Positions 28,626-37,718 of a stretch of DNA of 64,000 nt are shown one piece after another. Origin of the DNA: Candidatus Kerfeldbacteria bacterium RIFCSPLOWO2_02_FULL_42_19. Lineage in GTDB: Bacteria; Patescibacteriota; Patescibacteriia; HO2-48-17. The translations under genes and the position numbers were made by a program. The DNA lies in assembly GCA_001818315.1 (NCBI GenBank), contig MHKF01000001.1:2869-66868 (forward strand). Direction: 5' to 3'. How positions within the stretch are numbered: position 1 is the stretch's first letter; every line of letters starts with the position of its first letter. The notes below the pieces were generated by a model. That model saw only the letters and a list, made by a program, of their open reading frames with translations, did not search any database and had not been told where the DNA came from.

Positions 28626-31600
28626 ATGGAACCAAACGAACCTCGCAATCCCAAAGAGCTAGATTCGCTAGAGGATATGGAACAGGAATCACAGGAAGAA
28701 GCGGAATTGGAAAAATCCGAAGATTACGGAGCACCGAGAAAAGGACGTAAAGGAAAGTCGAAAGAAGAAAAAGGAAGAAAAGAAAAAGCACGGTGGCGAG
28801 ATCAAGATCAGGAAGAAGAATTGTGGTCCAAGGGGAAGAAACAAAAGAAACCCTTTGTTGAGAATATAGCAGGGGCAACGCCAGAAGAGGTGCAAGCAAT
28901 AGAAGCGCAGAAAGAAGAAGCTCAAAAAAGAGAAGCATCGGAAGCGCGGGAGACAGAGTCAGCAGCTGCACGCATACCGGAAAAGCCTGCAGAAGCTCGA
29001 AGGTATGTAAGAGATACAAGGCGGGAATATGAAGCTCTAGCTGATAAACTTGTTAAGGCGACGTTACCTGGTGCGTTCGAGCGAGAAGAAGTAAAAGATA
29101 CGCCGGAATCAGCAAGAAAGCTCGGAGGAATACGTAGATCTGCAAAAATGGAACGCGAGAGACTGCAAGCGGTACTTGAAACAGGATACGAAGAAGCACA
29201 AATGATTCTTGATGAAAGTGAACTTACACAGGAACCTACAACGACTTCCGTGCAATACGCTCGTGAGCGATACCGGCGGAATTATCAAAGACTCCAGGAA
29301 CTGCTCGCGGCAGCACGAAAGGATGCCTTAGAAACAGGGAACGAAGAGAGTAGTAGAAAAACCGAGAGTTTGCAAGTGATGCTCTATAGGTTTCTTGAAA
29401 ATATTGGTGCGCGACTGCCGAAAGCAAAAGCAACAGAAGAACACATCTCAGTAAGGGATCGAGCGCGACAATGGCTTGAGAGCAGAATTAAACCAGCAGG
29501 GGAAACTGAAGTTTCACAATCACCAGAGTCACCGGCAGTCACTCAAGAAATATCACCTGCACGAAAGTTGCCAGAAAATTTTCATCAACTCTCGGAAAAA
29601 GAACAAGCCAAAACATTCTTTGAATACAATGGCGGGGAAGAAAAAATGCAACAAGCGATAGAAGCCGGTCGTGTAGCGATGGAGGGGTATATTGCCCAAC
29701 ATTTTGCTCAATTAAAAAATCTCGAACTGCAAGACCCAGAATTTGCACAAGCATTTTCTGAATTTCTGAATGCGTCTATCCATGGTACAAGGACCTTGAA
29801 ACAGGAAGAAAGGTTACAATTTCAGGAAGCATTTAAAGAGAAACTCACTGAACACAAAGCCGGTTGGGAAGCGAATATACATGCAGCTTATACAGAAACA
29901 AAGGAAAATATTTTCGATTCCGCATGGAACGGTCGACTTGGAGCATTGATGCAAGCTCATGAACGCGCGCATCAAAAATATAATGAACTAAACGCAAGAA
30001 GAGCTAATGGAAAAATAGATATGAAGGGACATTTGCTACACATGAAATTCGAAGACGCGACCTACAAACTCGAGGCTGAAGTAAATCAAGAACAATGGAG
30101 AGTGGAAAAATTATTCCTAGCATGGCTTACAACGAATGCGGGGAAATATCGCTGGCTTGCGCATCGGTCAGTGACTGAACCTGTGCTCGATCCAGCGCTT
30201 CGCGATACCTATGATTATTTTCTAGCGCACCACAACCGTGAACTTACAGCATTGGATAGGATCAAAGACGAGGATGCACAAACTTTTTTAGATGAAGTAG
30301 AAGTACTGTTGTCTACCCGGAAAGAAGAAGCAGAAACACCGCTACTGCAAGAAAAAGCTCAAAAAACACCAGAAGAAGAGAGAATATCGTCGGGACCAGT
30401 CGTAGAAGAAACGATGCAAGCGCCTCACGGACCAGAACAAGAAGCAGAGCAGATTCAAGAAGCAATCAACATCGTCCCCGGATGGATGGATACTTATATC
30501 GCTGAACATGCTGCAAAACTTAAAAATCTCGATACAACATCTGAGAGAGATAAAGGGGCGTTTGAAAAGATTTTTTCCACCTTTCTTAGAACGTTCTTTT
30601 TTGCAGATCAAAGAAAACTTACACTGGAGCAGAGAGCATCGCTCAAAGAGGTATTTGAGAAAAAAATTGCAGAATGCAAGGCTGGATGGGAGACAAATAT
30701 TCGGGATGTATATGCAGAGGTAAAGGAAACTATTTTCGATCCAGCATGGAACGGTCGACTTGGGAAACTCATCACATATAAAGCAGTTGCGGATCCAAAA
30801 GTTGTCGAACTTGGCAGGGCAAGATCCAGAAGACTTTTAACAGAGAAAGAACGTCAAGATTTTAATGCTTTAAACGAGACGGTAGGAAAATTACAACAGG
30901 AGATATGGCACGAAGGATACAGTGTTCAGAAAAGTTGCATAGATTGGTTTGAGGCTCATCGAGAAGATTATCCCTGGCTGAAGGACACCAAAGAGGAAAG
31001 TGCAGTATTGAATCCAGTGATTCAGGATCTTTATGCTTATTTTGTTGCTGAACATCAAGCTGAAATGGAAAATCTTGAGCCGCTCGTAGATACAGATATT
31101 GACGAGTTTCTTGCGTATGCAGAATCAATTCTGCGAGAGAAAAGGGAAATATCTGAAGAAAGTACAGAGCTGAATAGAGGAGTCGATCAAGACATAGCAA
31201 GAGAAACAAAGGAAGAGGGAACACGTTTTACGCAATCAACATCCGAAACTTATCCTGAAGAAAAGGAACGAGCGCAGGAAGAGGATCAGGAGGTAAAACG
31301 AGAAATAGCGCAAGAAGCCCGCACTGTATTAGAAGGTCAGCCGAAAGAATTGTTTCAATCCGTAGGACAGAACGTAGCACATGATATGACTTTATTCCAA
31401 GGGCGACTAGAGGAACTTGATGGCAAAGTAGCACGTGCGCGTAAAGCATTCAAAGAAGCAAAGGATCCTGATACGCAAAAAGACTATAAAAAAATGCAAC
31501 AGGATCTTGAAGAAGAGCGAAAGCAACTTCTGGAAAATATGCAAGACACCGTTTACGGTTCTTTGAAGGACGCATTGGATGTTGCTCTTAAAAATGTACA

Positions 31601-34600
31601 AGAACTTCGCGAAAATGAAAGGTTACGTTCAGAGGTAATTAATAAAGTAACCGGTCGCTTGCACCAAGATGTGGAAGGGAAAGCGATGGACGCAAGTCTT
31701 TGGAAGCGCGTGTGGACCAATGTCAAAGGGCAATTACCGATTACAGTCGCAGCAATCGGCGCAAGCTTTCTGGGACGGGTAAATTTTGCGGGTATGGCGA
31801 TGGATAGCGTTTTGCGAAGCTTATATTTGCCGACACTGACTGGTACAATTCGCACTGCAGTGCTTGGATATTCGATAGGCGGAAAAGAACGTCGTGTACG
31901 AGAACAAGAAGCCGTCAAACACCAAGCCATGAAGAAGATGATGAAAGAAAATCCCGACTGGCTTAAATCAAGCATCATTGCACTCATCACGAGTGAATTG
32001 CAGAAGTCGGAAAAATTAGAAGACGCCGTGGAAGCTTATTTTGGTCACCTTTCTCCTGTAGAAAAAAACACGATCCAAAACGCACTTGGCACATTGCAGA
32101 GTGTCGAAGCCGGGAATTCGCAGCGCGCGCAAGGGTTTTCCGAACCAAAAGTGCGAGTTGTGCTTGATTTTCTGAACAACTATGTTATGGGTTTTGCAAC
32201 AGGAAGTTATTTTTCCAAAAAAGCGCTCGAAGCAAAAGCAAAAGGAGCAGAAGCCGGGAACCTCGTTGCAAGTAGTGTGATTGGCGGCGGACTTGTGTAT
32301 GCTATGCAGGGTGCTGGAAAATATGCGGTGTGGGGTCGCATGGCTCTTCTTGGAGCACTCGGACAACGCATCGGGTCGGCGGTTGATCGTTGGGTAGAGC
32401 AGACACAGACTCGTAAAGCCGTTGAATCAAAAGTGGAGTATTTAAAAGAGCGAAAATTTTTCAATCCTCATTACACGTTCACAATGCCAGTACGTGAAGA
32501 TGTAATAGAGGACTCATTCAAGAATGGAGTCTGTGAGACAGATTATGTTTTAGCAAAAGATTTATTGGACCTCTATAAAGGAGATCCAAAATTTCCGATA
32601 TCCCAAGCACAAGTTGCGGAGGTAGAAAACTTCGTCCATTCCTATGAACGAAACAAAATGGAAATGTGGAGTCTTATGCGGTCAACTGCAGAATCTGTGT
32701 TAGATGATATCTATGTTCTCGATAAAACAAATACAGAGGCGCTTGAACGCGAACTCGGAAGAAAAGGCATGAAGCGGGAAGTTGTTTCTGCTGCGATTCA
32801 ACTCGCAAGCACCGGCGGATTCGCCGCTGTAGGCGCTGCATTGCCAGCAGTCGTCATGTGGGCATTCGGTAAAAAACAGACAGATGCGGAGCTCGCAGCA
32901 CTTCAATCAGAAAAACCTGGTGCATCTCAAGCTCCATTAACTCCAGAAAAAATAGCAATGCAAGACACTACAGCACAAGCAGCTCCGGGAATTTTGCAAA
33001 AATTTTTTGGAGGAGGGAAAGTCGCGCCATCAGAAGCTGTTCCGCCGCAATCCCAGGTTGGTCCTGAGAATACACAAACTCAAGAGAAAAGTCTCGCGGA
33101 AGCGTACTCAGAAGCGGGAGTAAAAAAAGAAGTTCAAGATTTGGACGGAGCAGAACAAATACCGCCTGCCGAAAGGGAAGAAGATTTCGCTGGTCTAGAG
33201 AAAGTCGGCAGAGGTCCGGCGGGATCGCTTGCAGGAGGCGTAATGAGAACCGAGTTAGAAACACAGAATGGCGGCGAAACTGAAGAGCAACTAGTTAAAG
33301 AAGCAGAAGCCGCATCTCTATTCAGCCCAGAACCAGCAGTAAATCAAAAATTAACCCCAGAAAAATTTTTCGAAAGGCAGGCCGTTTTGAAAGCGTTTGG
33401 ATATGATGCGAAGGTCGATGAAGCAAAGAAGATCAGCATATCGATAGAATTCGGAGGGAAGGGTCCCAAACATTTAGAAGATGCGCTTGATGGTCTTGGT
33501 GGACAGGGTATGATTGCCAGAGATATTGAAGTGTATAGCACCGCAGGAAAGACTCCTATAACAGAGGATGCATTGAATCAGATTCGTACGCTCGATGCAC
33601 TCAAAGCAGGCCGCATTCTTAACATTTCCCAAAATATTCTTGCGGCCTATGAGGGTAGAGGGTTAGCTGATATTCAAGAGGGTTTGAAAGCTTCTGAGTT
33701 CTCGATCGAAGGCAACAAACTAAGTATTCAAAACTACGATACTTTTTACAATAAAGTTTTACAACCTCTCGCGGAGCGGGCGAGCACACACATTACGCCA
33801 GAAGGAGCAGAAGAAGGAAAATTCGGTGCTCTTGCTTTTGTAGATAATGTTAAAAAAACAACACTGCATATGCTACAAGAAGGTATGATGAAACAGACGA
33901 CCAAAACTCCGGTCGAAATGAAAATTCCAGATTTTAACGAAGACTCACTCGTTACAAAAGCAGAGCAGAGACTTTTTACTGGAAGCGCAGCAGAAGCCCT
34001 GAAGCCACTACAAGATCAGGGTTGGGAAGTAGAAAGAATGAATTTTAGTGTTGGTGCTCGTGCTGAATCGTTTGGTTCCGCGGTGCTCAAAAATGGAGAT
34101 CAGACAATAGAACTTGGATTGGACTTACATGCGCGTCATATACTCGGTGAAGGCACGGGTGAAGCATTAGGAGCTGGACATATTGTGGCTGTGGATGGGA
34201 AAGAACTCGAAGAGCCTATTCCGCTCGATACCGAAAATATTGGCGAGCAGATCTTCGGTGTACAAAATCGAAGTATTCAGGAAAGTATCGAAGAATCATT
34301 GAAAGATCTGAAGCCAGAGGAAACCGGAATTAATCCCGAACATATTCAAAGTATCGCAAAGGGCCTGGATATCGATACGCGAGGACCAATGAATCCAACG
34401 CAAGAATTAAGACTCACAACCTTACTTACAAAGCACCCTTTTTTGGATTTATATAAAACAGAGGGAACATTTGACCCAGAGAAAATCAAATTCATAGATG
34501 CGCATCAAGAACGTACAGACGATGAATTTATAAAACTTTTCAGCCAGACTGAGGGTATTCAGAAAGATACAGGCGTCGAAATCGGATTTGAAGCAGTTGA

Positions 34601-35258
34601 TTCACTCGTGAAGAAAGGTATAACATTAACAGAAGCCGGACATGGGGTAACAAAAATACATTGGACCGGTAGTAATATCGATATGACGTTGTGGAAAGAA
34701 GAAGATACAGTGTATGCAAGTTATGTACCAAAAGGAAGTTCAGCATCGGTACGGCATATCGATCCGATGGGTGTCGATATTAAAACAAAGATTGAAAATC
34801 CAGCAGAATGGTTGCAAAAGCCAGATCAGATACATGCAAAAGCGCAACAAATGTTGAGTATCGAAGCAGAAGCAAAGCGTTTTGTAGGTGACATTGAAAA
34901 GTTACAGAAAAATCCATCATTATTCGGAAAAAATCTCCCGAATGAATACGTAAAGTTGATTTTAAAAACTCCGTGGCAGAGTGCTTATTGGGAGAAAAAA
35001 GGATTTGTTGACGATTTATTGCATCGTGGGGTGAGAAGCGATTTGCCAGTAAGCGGTATAAAAACACCATTAGGAAAAATTCAAGAAACACTTGAAGCTG
35101 CATTGAGAAGCACAAATTACCAAAGACTTCTGAATTATTTTGATTACATTGATCCAAAAATGATGCAAAAGGCTACCATCGGACAGATACTCATGGCTCT
35201 TACAGAGATGAAAGCTACCGGGAAGGTACCAGACACACTTCCAAAGGCATACCTTTAA
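28626..35258 (+). CDS. Giant (2210 aa) hypothetical protein with internal duplication and central Gly/Ala-rich hydrophobic helices
   Basis: Uninterrupted ORF; E/K-rich; duplicated ~220-aa domain (KAGWE.NI...IFD.AWNGRLG). Confidence 0.9.
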   Translation: MEPNEPRNPKELDSLEDMEQESQEEAELEKSEDYGAPRKGRKGKSKEEKGRKEKARWRDQDQEEELWSKGKKQKKPFVENIAGATPEEVQAIEAQKEEAQKREASEARETESAAARIPEKPAEARRYVRDTRREYEALADKLVKATLPGAFEREEVKDTPESARKLGGIRRSAKMERERLQAVLETGYEEAQMILDESELTQEPTTTSVQYARERYRRNYQRLQELLAAARKDALETGNEESSRKTESLQVMLYRFLENIGARLPKAKATEEHISVRDRARQWLESRIKPAGETEVSQSPESPAVTQEISPARKLPENFHQLSEKEQAKTFFEYNGGEEKMQQAIEAGRVAMEGYIAQHFAQLKNLELQDPEFAQAFSEFLNASIHGTRTLKQEERLQFQEAFKEKLTEHKAGWEANIHAAYTETKENIFDSAWNGRLGALMQAHERAHQKYNELNARRANGKIDMKGHLLHMKFEDATYKLEAEVNQEQWRVEKLFLAWLTTNAGKYRWLAHRSVTEPVLDPALRDTYDYFLAHHNRELTALDRIKDEDAQTFLDEVEVLLSTRKEEAETPLLQEKAQKTPEEERISSGPVVEETMQAPHGPEQEAEQIQEAINIVPGWMDTYIAEHAAKLKNLDTTSERDKGAFEKIFSTFLRTFFFADQRKLTLEQRASLKEVFEKKIAECKAGWETNIRDVYAEVKETIFDPAWNGRLGKLITYKAVADPKVVELGRARSRRLLTEKERQDFNALNETVGKLQQEIWHEGYSVQKSCIDWFEAHREDYPWLKDTKEESAVLNPVIQDLYAYFVAEHQAEMENLEPLVDTDIDEFLAYAESILREKREISEESTELNRGVDQDIARETKEEGTRFTQSTSETYPEEKERAQEEDQEVKREIAQEARTVLEGQPKELFQSVGQNVAHDMTLFQGRLEELDGKVARARKAFKEAKDPDTQKDYKKMQQDLEEERKQLLENMQDTVYGSLKDALDVALKNVQELRENERLRSEVINKVTGRLHQDVEGKAMDASLWKRVWTNVKGQLPITVAAIGASFLGRVNFAGMAMDSVLRSLYLPTLTGTIRTAVLGYSIGGKERRVREQEAVKHQAMKKMMKENPDWLKSSIIALITSELQKSEKLEDAVEAYFGHLSPVEKNTIQNALGTLQSVEAGNSQRAQGFSEPKVRVVLDFLNNYVMGFATGSYFSKKALEAKAKGAEAGNLVASSVIGGGLVYAMQGAGKYAVWGRMALLGALGQRIGSAVDRWVEQTQTRKAVESKVEYLKERKFFNPHYTFTMPVREDVIEDSFKNGVCETDYVLAKDLLDLYKGDPKFPISQAQVAEVENFVHSYERNKMEMWSLMRSTAESVLDDIYVLDKTNTEALERELGRKGMKREVVSAAIQLASTGGFAAVGAALPAVVMWAFGKKQTDAELAALQSEKPGASQAPLTPEKIAMQDTTAQAAPGILQKFFGGGKVAPSEAVPPQSQVGPENTQTQEKSLAEAYSEAGVKKEVQDLDGAEQIPPAEREEDFAGLEKVGRGPAGSLAGGVMRTELETQNGGETEEQLVKEAEAASLFSPEPAVNQKLTPEKFFERQAVLKAFGYDAKVDEAKKISISIEFGGKGPKHLEDALDGLGGQGMIARDIEVYSTAGKTPITEDALNQIRTLDALKAGRILNISQNILAAYEGRGLADIQEGLKASEFSIEGNKLSIQNYDTFYNKVLQPLAERASTHITPEGAEEGKFGALAFVDNVKKTTLHMLQEGMMKQTTKTPVEMKIPDFNEDSLVTKAEQRLFTGSAAEALKPLQDQGWEVERMNFSVGARAESFGSAVLKNGDQTIELGLDLHARHILGEGTGEALGAGHIVAVDGKELEEPIPLDTENIGEQIFGVQNRSIQESIEESLKDLKPEETGINPEHIQSIAKGLDIDTRGPMNPTQELRLTTLLTKHPFLDLYKTEGTFDPEKIKFIDAHQERTDDEFIKLFSQTEGIQKDTGVEIGFEAVDSLVKKGITLTEAGHGVTKIHWTGSNIDMTLWKEEDTVYASYVPKGSSASVRHIDPMGVDIKTKIENPAEWLQKPDQIHAKAQQMLSIEAEAKRFVGDIEKLQKNPSLFGKNLPNEYVKLILKTPWQSAYWEKKGFVDDLLHRGVRSDLPVSGIKTPLGKIQETLEAALRSTNYQRLLNYFDYIDPKMMQKATIGQILMALTEMKATGKVPDTLPKAYL

Positions 35259-35311
35259 AAGCTATAATTTTGTGCGCGTTCAAAGTGCTGAGGGAAAATG
35301 TGAAAATTCAA

Positions 35312-35656
35312 CTATCGAACTGCGGTGACAATTTTTTCAAAGATCTCGGGATGTTGTTCAGCAATATTTGCGAGAATTTTACGGTTGAGCGCAATATTTT
35401 TTTTCTTTAAAGCATCCATAAAGCGGCTATAACTCAGATTGTGTTTTCTGCTCTCCGCATTAATCACAACATGCCAGGTACGACGCGCAACATGCTTTTT
35501 TTGTTTGCGGCCACGGTAAGCATGCACACCTGCTTTTAGGACAGCGGTTTTGGCAAGTTTCAAAGTATTCCTGCGTCCTAACTGAAAGCCCTCCGCAGTT
35601 CGCAGAAGTCGTTTCCTCCGTTTCAAATGACTGAGACCTCGTTTTACACGTGACAT
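35312..35656 (-). CDS. rplT: 50S ribosomal protein L20
   Basis: MSRVKRG...AYRGRK...INA...SYSRF...LNRKILA. Confidence 0.96.
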   Translation of the reverse strand: MSRVKRGLSHLKRRKRLLRTAEGFQLGRRNTLKLAKTAVLKAGVHAYRGRKQKKHVARRTWHVVINAESRKHNLSYSRFMDALKKKNIALNRKILANIAEQHPEIFEKIVTAVR

Positions 35657-35701
35657 ATATTTTTCAAAATAAATTCATGCTGAAGATTATTTACAGGCAG
35701 T

Positions 35702-35905
35702 TTAATACAAAGCGTACGGATGCATTTTGTGAATATTCTTTCTTTCAACCGCAGCAACAGTTTTATACTTACGTTTGTGCATTTTCGAACTCCCGGAATG
35801 CCTGGAACGAAAATGGCTTTGTCCGGCAGGAGTGACAAGAAATTTTTTATTTTTCGTAACCTTGATGCGTTTGGTAATACTCTTGACTGTCTTGAGTTTG
35901 GCCAT
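35702..35905 (-). CDS. rpmI: 50S ribosomal protein L35
   Basis: MAKLKTVKSITKRIKVT...; between infC and rplT. Confidence 0.93.
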   Translation of the reverse strand: MAKLKTVKSITKRIKVTKNKKFLVTPAGQSHFRSRHSGSSKMHKRKYKTVAAVERKNIHKMHPYALY

Positions 35906-35906
35906 A

Positions 35907-36449
35907 TTATTTATTGCTAATCGATAACGAAAGGGAACCTCCTTGCGCATTGAATCCGTCCTCATGAATTTCACGATCTAAGGATTGTCCAAATTGCTTC
36001 AATTTTTCTCTTGCTTGTGCAATATAAGCCTTTTGGCGGCCGCGCAAAAACATTTCGATTTGCACGCGGTCTCCATTATCCAGAAATTTTTGCGCCTGTT
36101 TCCTACGTATTTCTTCATCATGCGGACCCATAGTGAGTGAAAGTCGGACGCCTTTGGTTTCGACTTTTTTCGAACGAGCCTTACTTTTACGCTCATTTTT
36201 CTCCTGCTGATAAATAAACTTTCCGAAATCCATCATTTTGCACACTGGCGGAGTTGCTTTGGGCGAAACTGCTACAAGATCCAAACCGAGTTTACGAGCC
36301 TCAAAAATAGCGGTACTCGTTGCAATCACACCCAGGCGATCACCAGTCTCAGAAAAAACAAGAACTTCCGTTGCTTGGATTGCTTCATTACGAGGAAATA
36401 TTTTGTCTGGTTTTATTTTTTTGAACCGACGGTGACGATGAGTACGAAT
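35907..36449 (-). CDS. infC: Translation initiation factor IF-3 (ATT start)
   Basis: RNEAI...GLDLVAVSPKATPPVCKMMDFGKF...LRGRQ; frame stays open upstream to ATT at 36449. Confidence 0.95.
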   Translation of the reverse strand: MRTHRHRRFKKIKPDKIFPRNEAIQATEVLVFSETGDRLGVIATSTAIFEARKLGLDLVAVSPKATPPVCKMMDFGKFIYQQEKNERKSKARSKKVETKGVRLSLTMGPHDEEIRRKQAQKFLDNGDRVQIEMFLRGRQKAYIAQAREKLKQFGQSLDREIHEDGFNAQGGSLSLSISNK

Positions 36450-36476
36450 AGTACAAAATTAAAAAAATTATGAAGT

Positions 36477-36887
36477 TGGTGGAGATGAGGGGAATCACAC
36501 CCCTGTGCAGCTCTACGAGACAACCCTTTCTACAAATATAGCTTGATCGGCATCTTCAGGAAGACTTTGAGATCAAGCAAGATGCCTTCCTTGGAGTCTT
36601 GAAAGAGTCAATACAGGTACAAGACACTTCCTGCATTCATCCTGATATGATGACACCCGAACTTCTCCTATCAGGAGTCAGAGAGACGGATGGTTACCGC
36701 TTTTAAGCAGCAACGGAAGCGAGTGTTGGAAGTGACAACGCACGCAGAGCGCGGCTGAAACCTTCCTTCATTCGCATGACAACGTTATTTGCACGTGTCT
36801 TTACGCCCGCACGTTTTACGAGAAAGCGGACAATACTCGATTTGCAGTGTTATCTTCATAAAGAGCTGTCGATTATAAAACATCCCC
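36477..36887 (-). ncRNA. ssrA: tmRNA
   Basis: 5' GGGGATG...TCGAC, 3' CATCTCC-A-CCA with G3.U pair; tag ORF 36792-36703 ending VAA-stop; next to smpB. Confidence 0.95.
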
Positions 36888-36981
36888 AGAAGAGTATGGA
36901 AGACTCGAATATGCGATTGAGATCCAAAATCTTCTGCGAACGTTTTAACGTTTTACGGAATAAATTACGGACTTATGCCGA

Positions 36982-37449
36982 CTATGGACGACCTGCGATT
37001 CTATTTTTGAGTGCTTGCTGAATCTCACGCTGCATTGTTCGTTTCTTGAGAATCTCACGTTTATCATATTGCTTTTTCGACCGAGCAAGAGCGATCTCCA
37101 ACTTCACAAAGGCCCCTTTAGTATACATTTTTAGCGGGATAATTGTCAAGTTGCCCTCAGTCATTCTTCCGCGAAGATGATTCATCTCGCGCGTCTTCAA
37201 AAGTAATTTGCGCGGACGCGTTGGAGTATATCGTGATGCAAATTTGTGTCCCGCCGGTTTGTAAACTCCAATATGGGCGTTAATGAGCCAAACCTCATCG
37301 TCCCGGAAACTCACGTAACTGCTTTTGAGTTGTACTTGACCAAGTTTTGCGGCCTTGACTTCTGGACCCAGGAGCGAGATTCCTGCTTCAAATGTTTCAA
37401 CAATCGTGTATCGGTGTAGCGCGTACGAATTTTTTGCAAGCGTAGGCAT
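36982..37449 (-). CDS. smpB: SsrA-binding protein
   Basis: FEAGISLLGPEVK, PTRPRKLLL, KKQYDKRE; start ATG 37449. Confidence 0.96.
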   Translation of the reverse strand: MPTLAKNSYALHRYTIVETFEAGISLLGPEVKAAKLGQVQLKSSYVSFRDDEVWLINAHIGVYKPAGHKFASRYTPTRPRKLLLKTREMNHLRGRMTEGNLTIIPLKMYTKGAFVKLEIALARSKKQYDKREILKKRTMQREIQQALKNRIAGRP

Positions 37450-37520
37450 AAAAAAAGTATACGCGATTTTCTTTGATGCTTCAAGATGAAGATATAAAAA
37501 AAGACAGTGAGGAACATCAG

Positions 37521-37660
37521 GGGACCGTCGCCGAATGCGCTGGAAAAAGAGAAGGGAGACTATAGCTTTCGAAGCACTGACAGTGCACAGTGTGCTGAGA
37601 AAGTATAGTCTTCCTTCTCTTTTGCTTTGCGCATTGCACACGAGACAATATTCGATGGCC
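37521..37660. other. Long stem-loop in smpB/argS divergent intergenic region (candidate ncRNA)
   Basis: aaaagagaagggagactata/tatagtcttccttctctttt core stem extended by aatgcgc/gcgcatt and ctttc/gaaag, agcac/gtgct. Confidence 0.5.
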
Positions 37661-37718
37661 GTACCTTTACTACATTTGAGTTTCCATAACAAGAATAATT
37701 CGCTATACTACCGATGAT

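Noticed and set aside
36776-37021. 81-aa ORF antisense to tmRNA
   Set aside because: Shadow ORF overlapping ssrA and the smpB 3' end.
37450-37692. 81-aa N-terminal extension of SmpB in the ORF track
   Set aside because: SmpB homology starts at MPTLAKN (37449); the extension crosses a hairpin-forming intergenic region.
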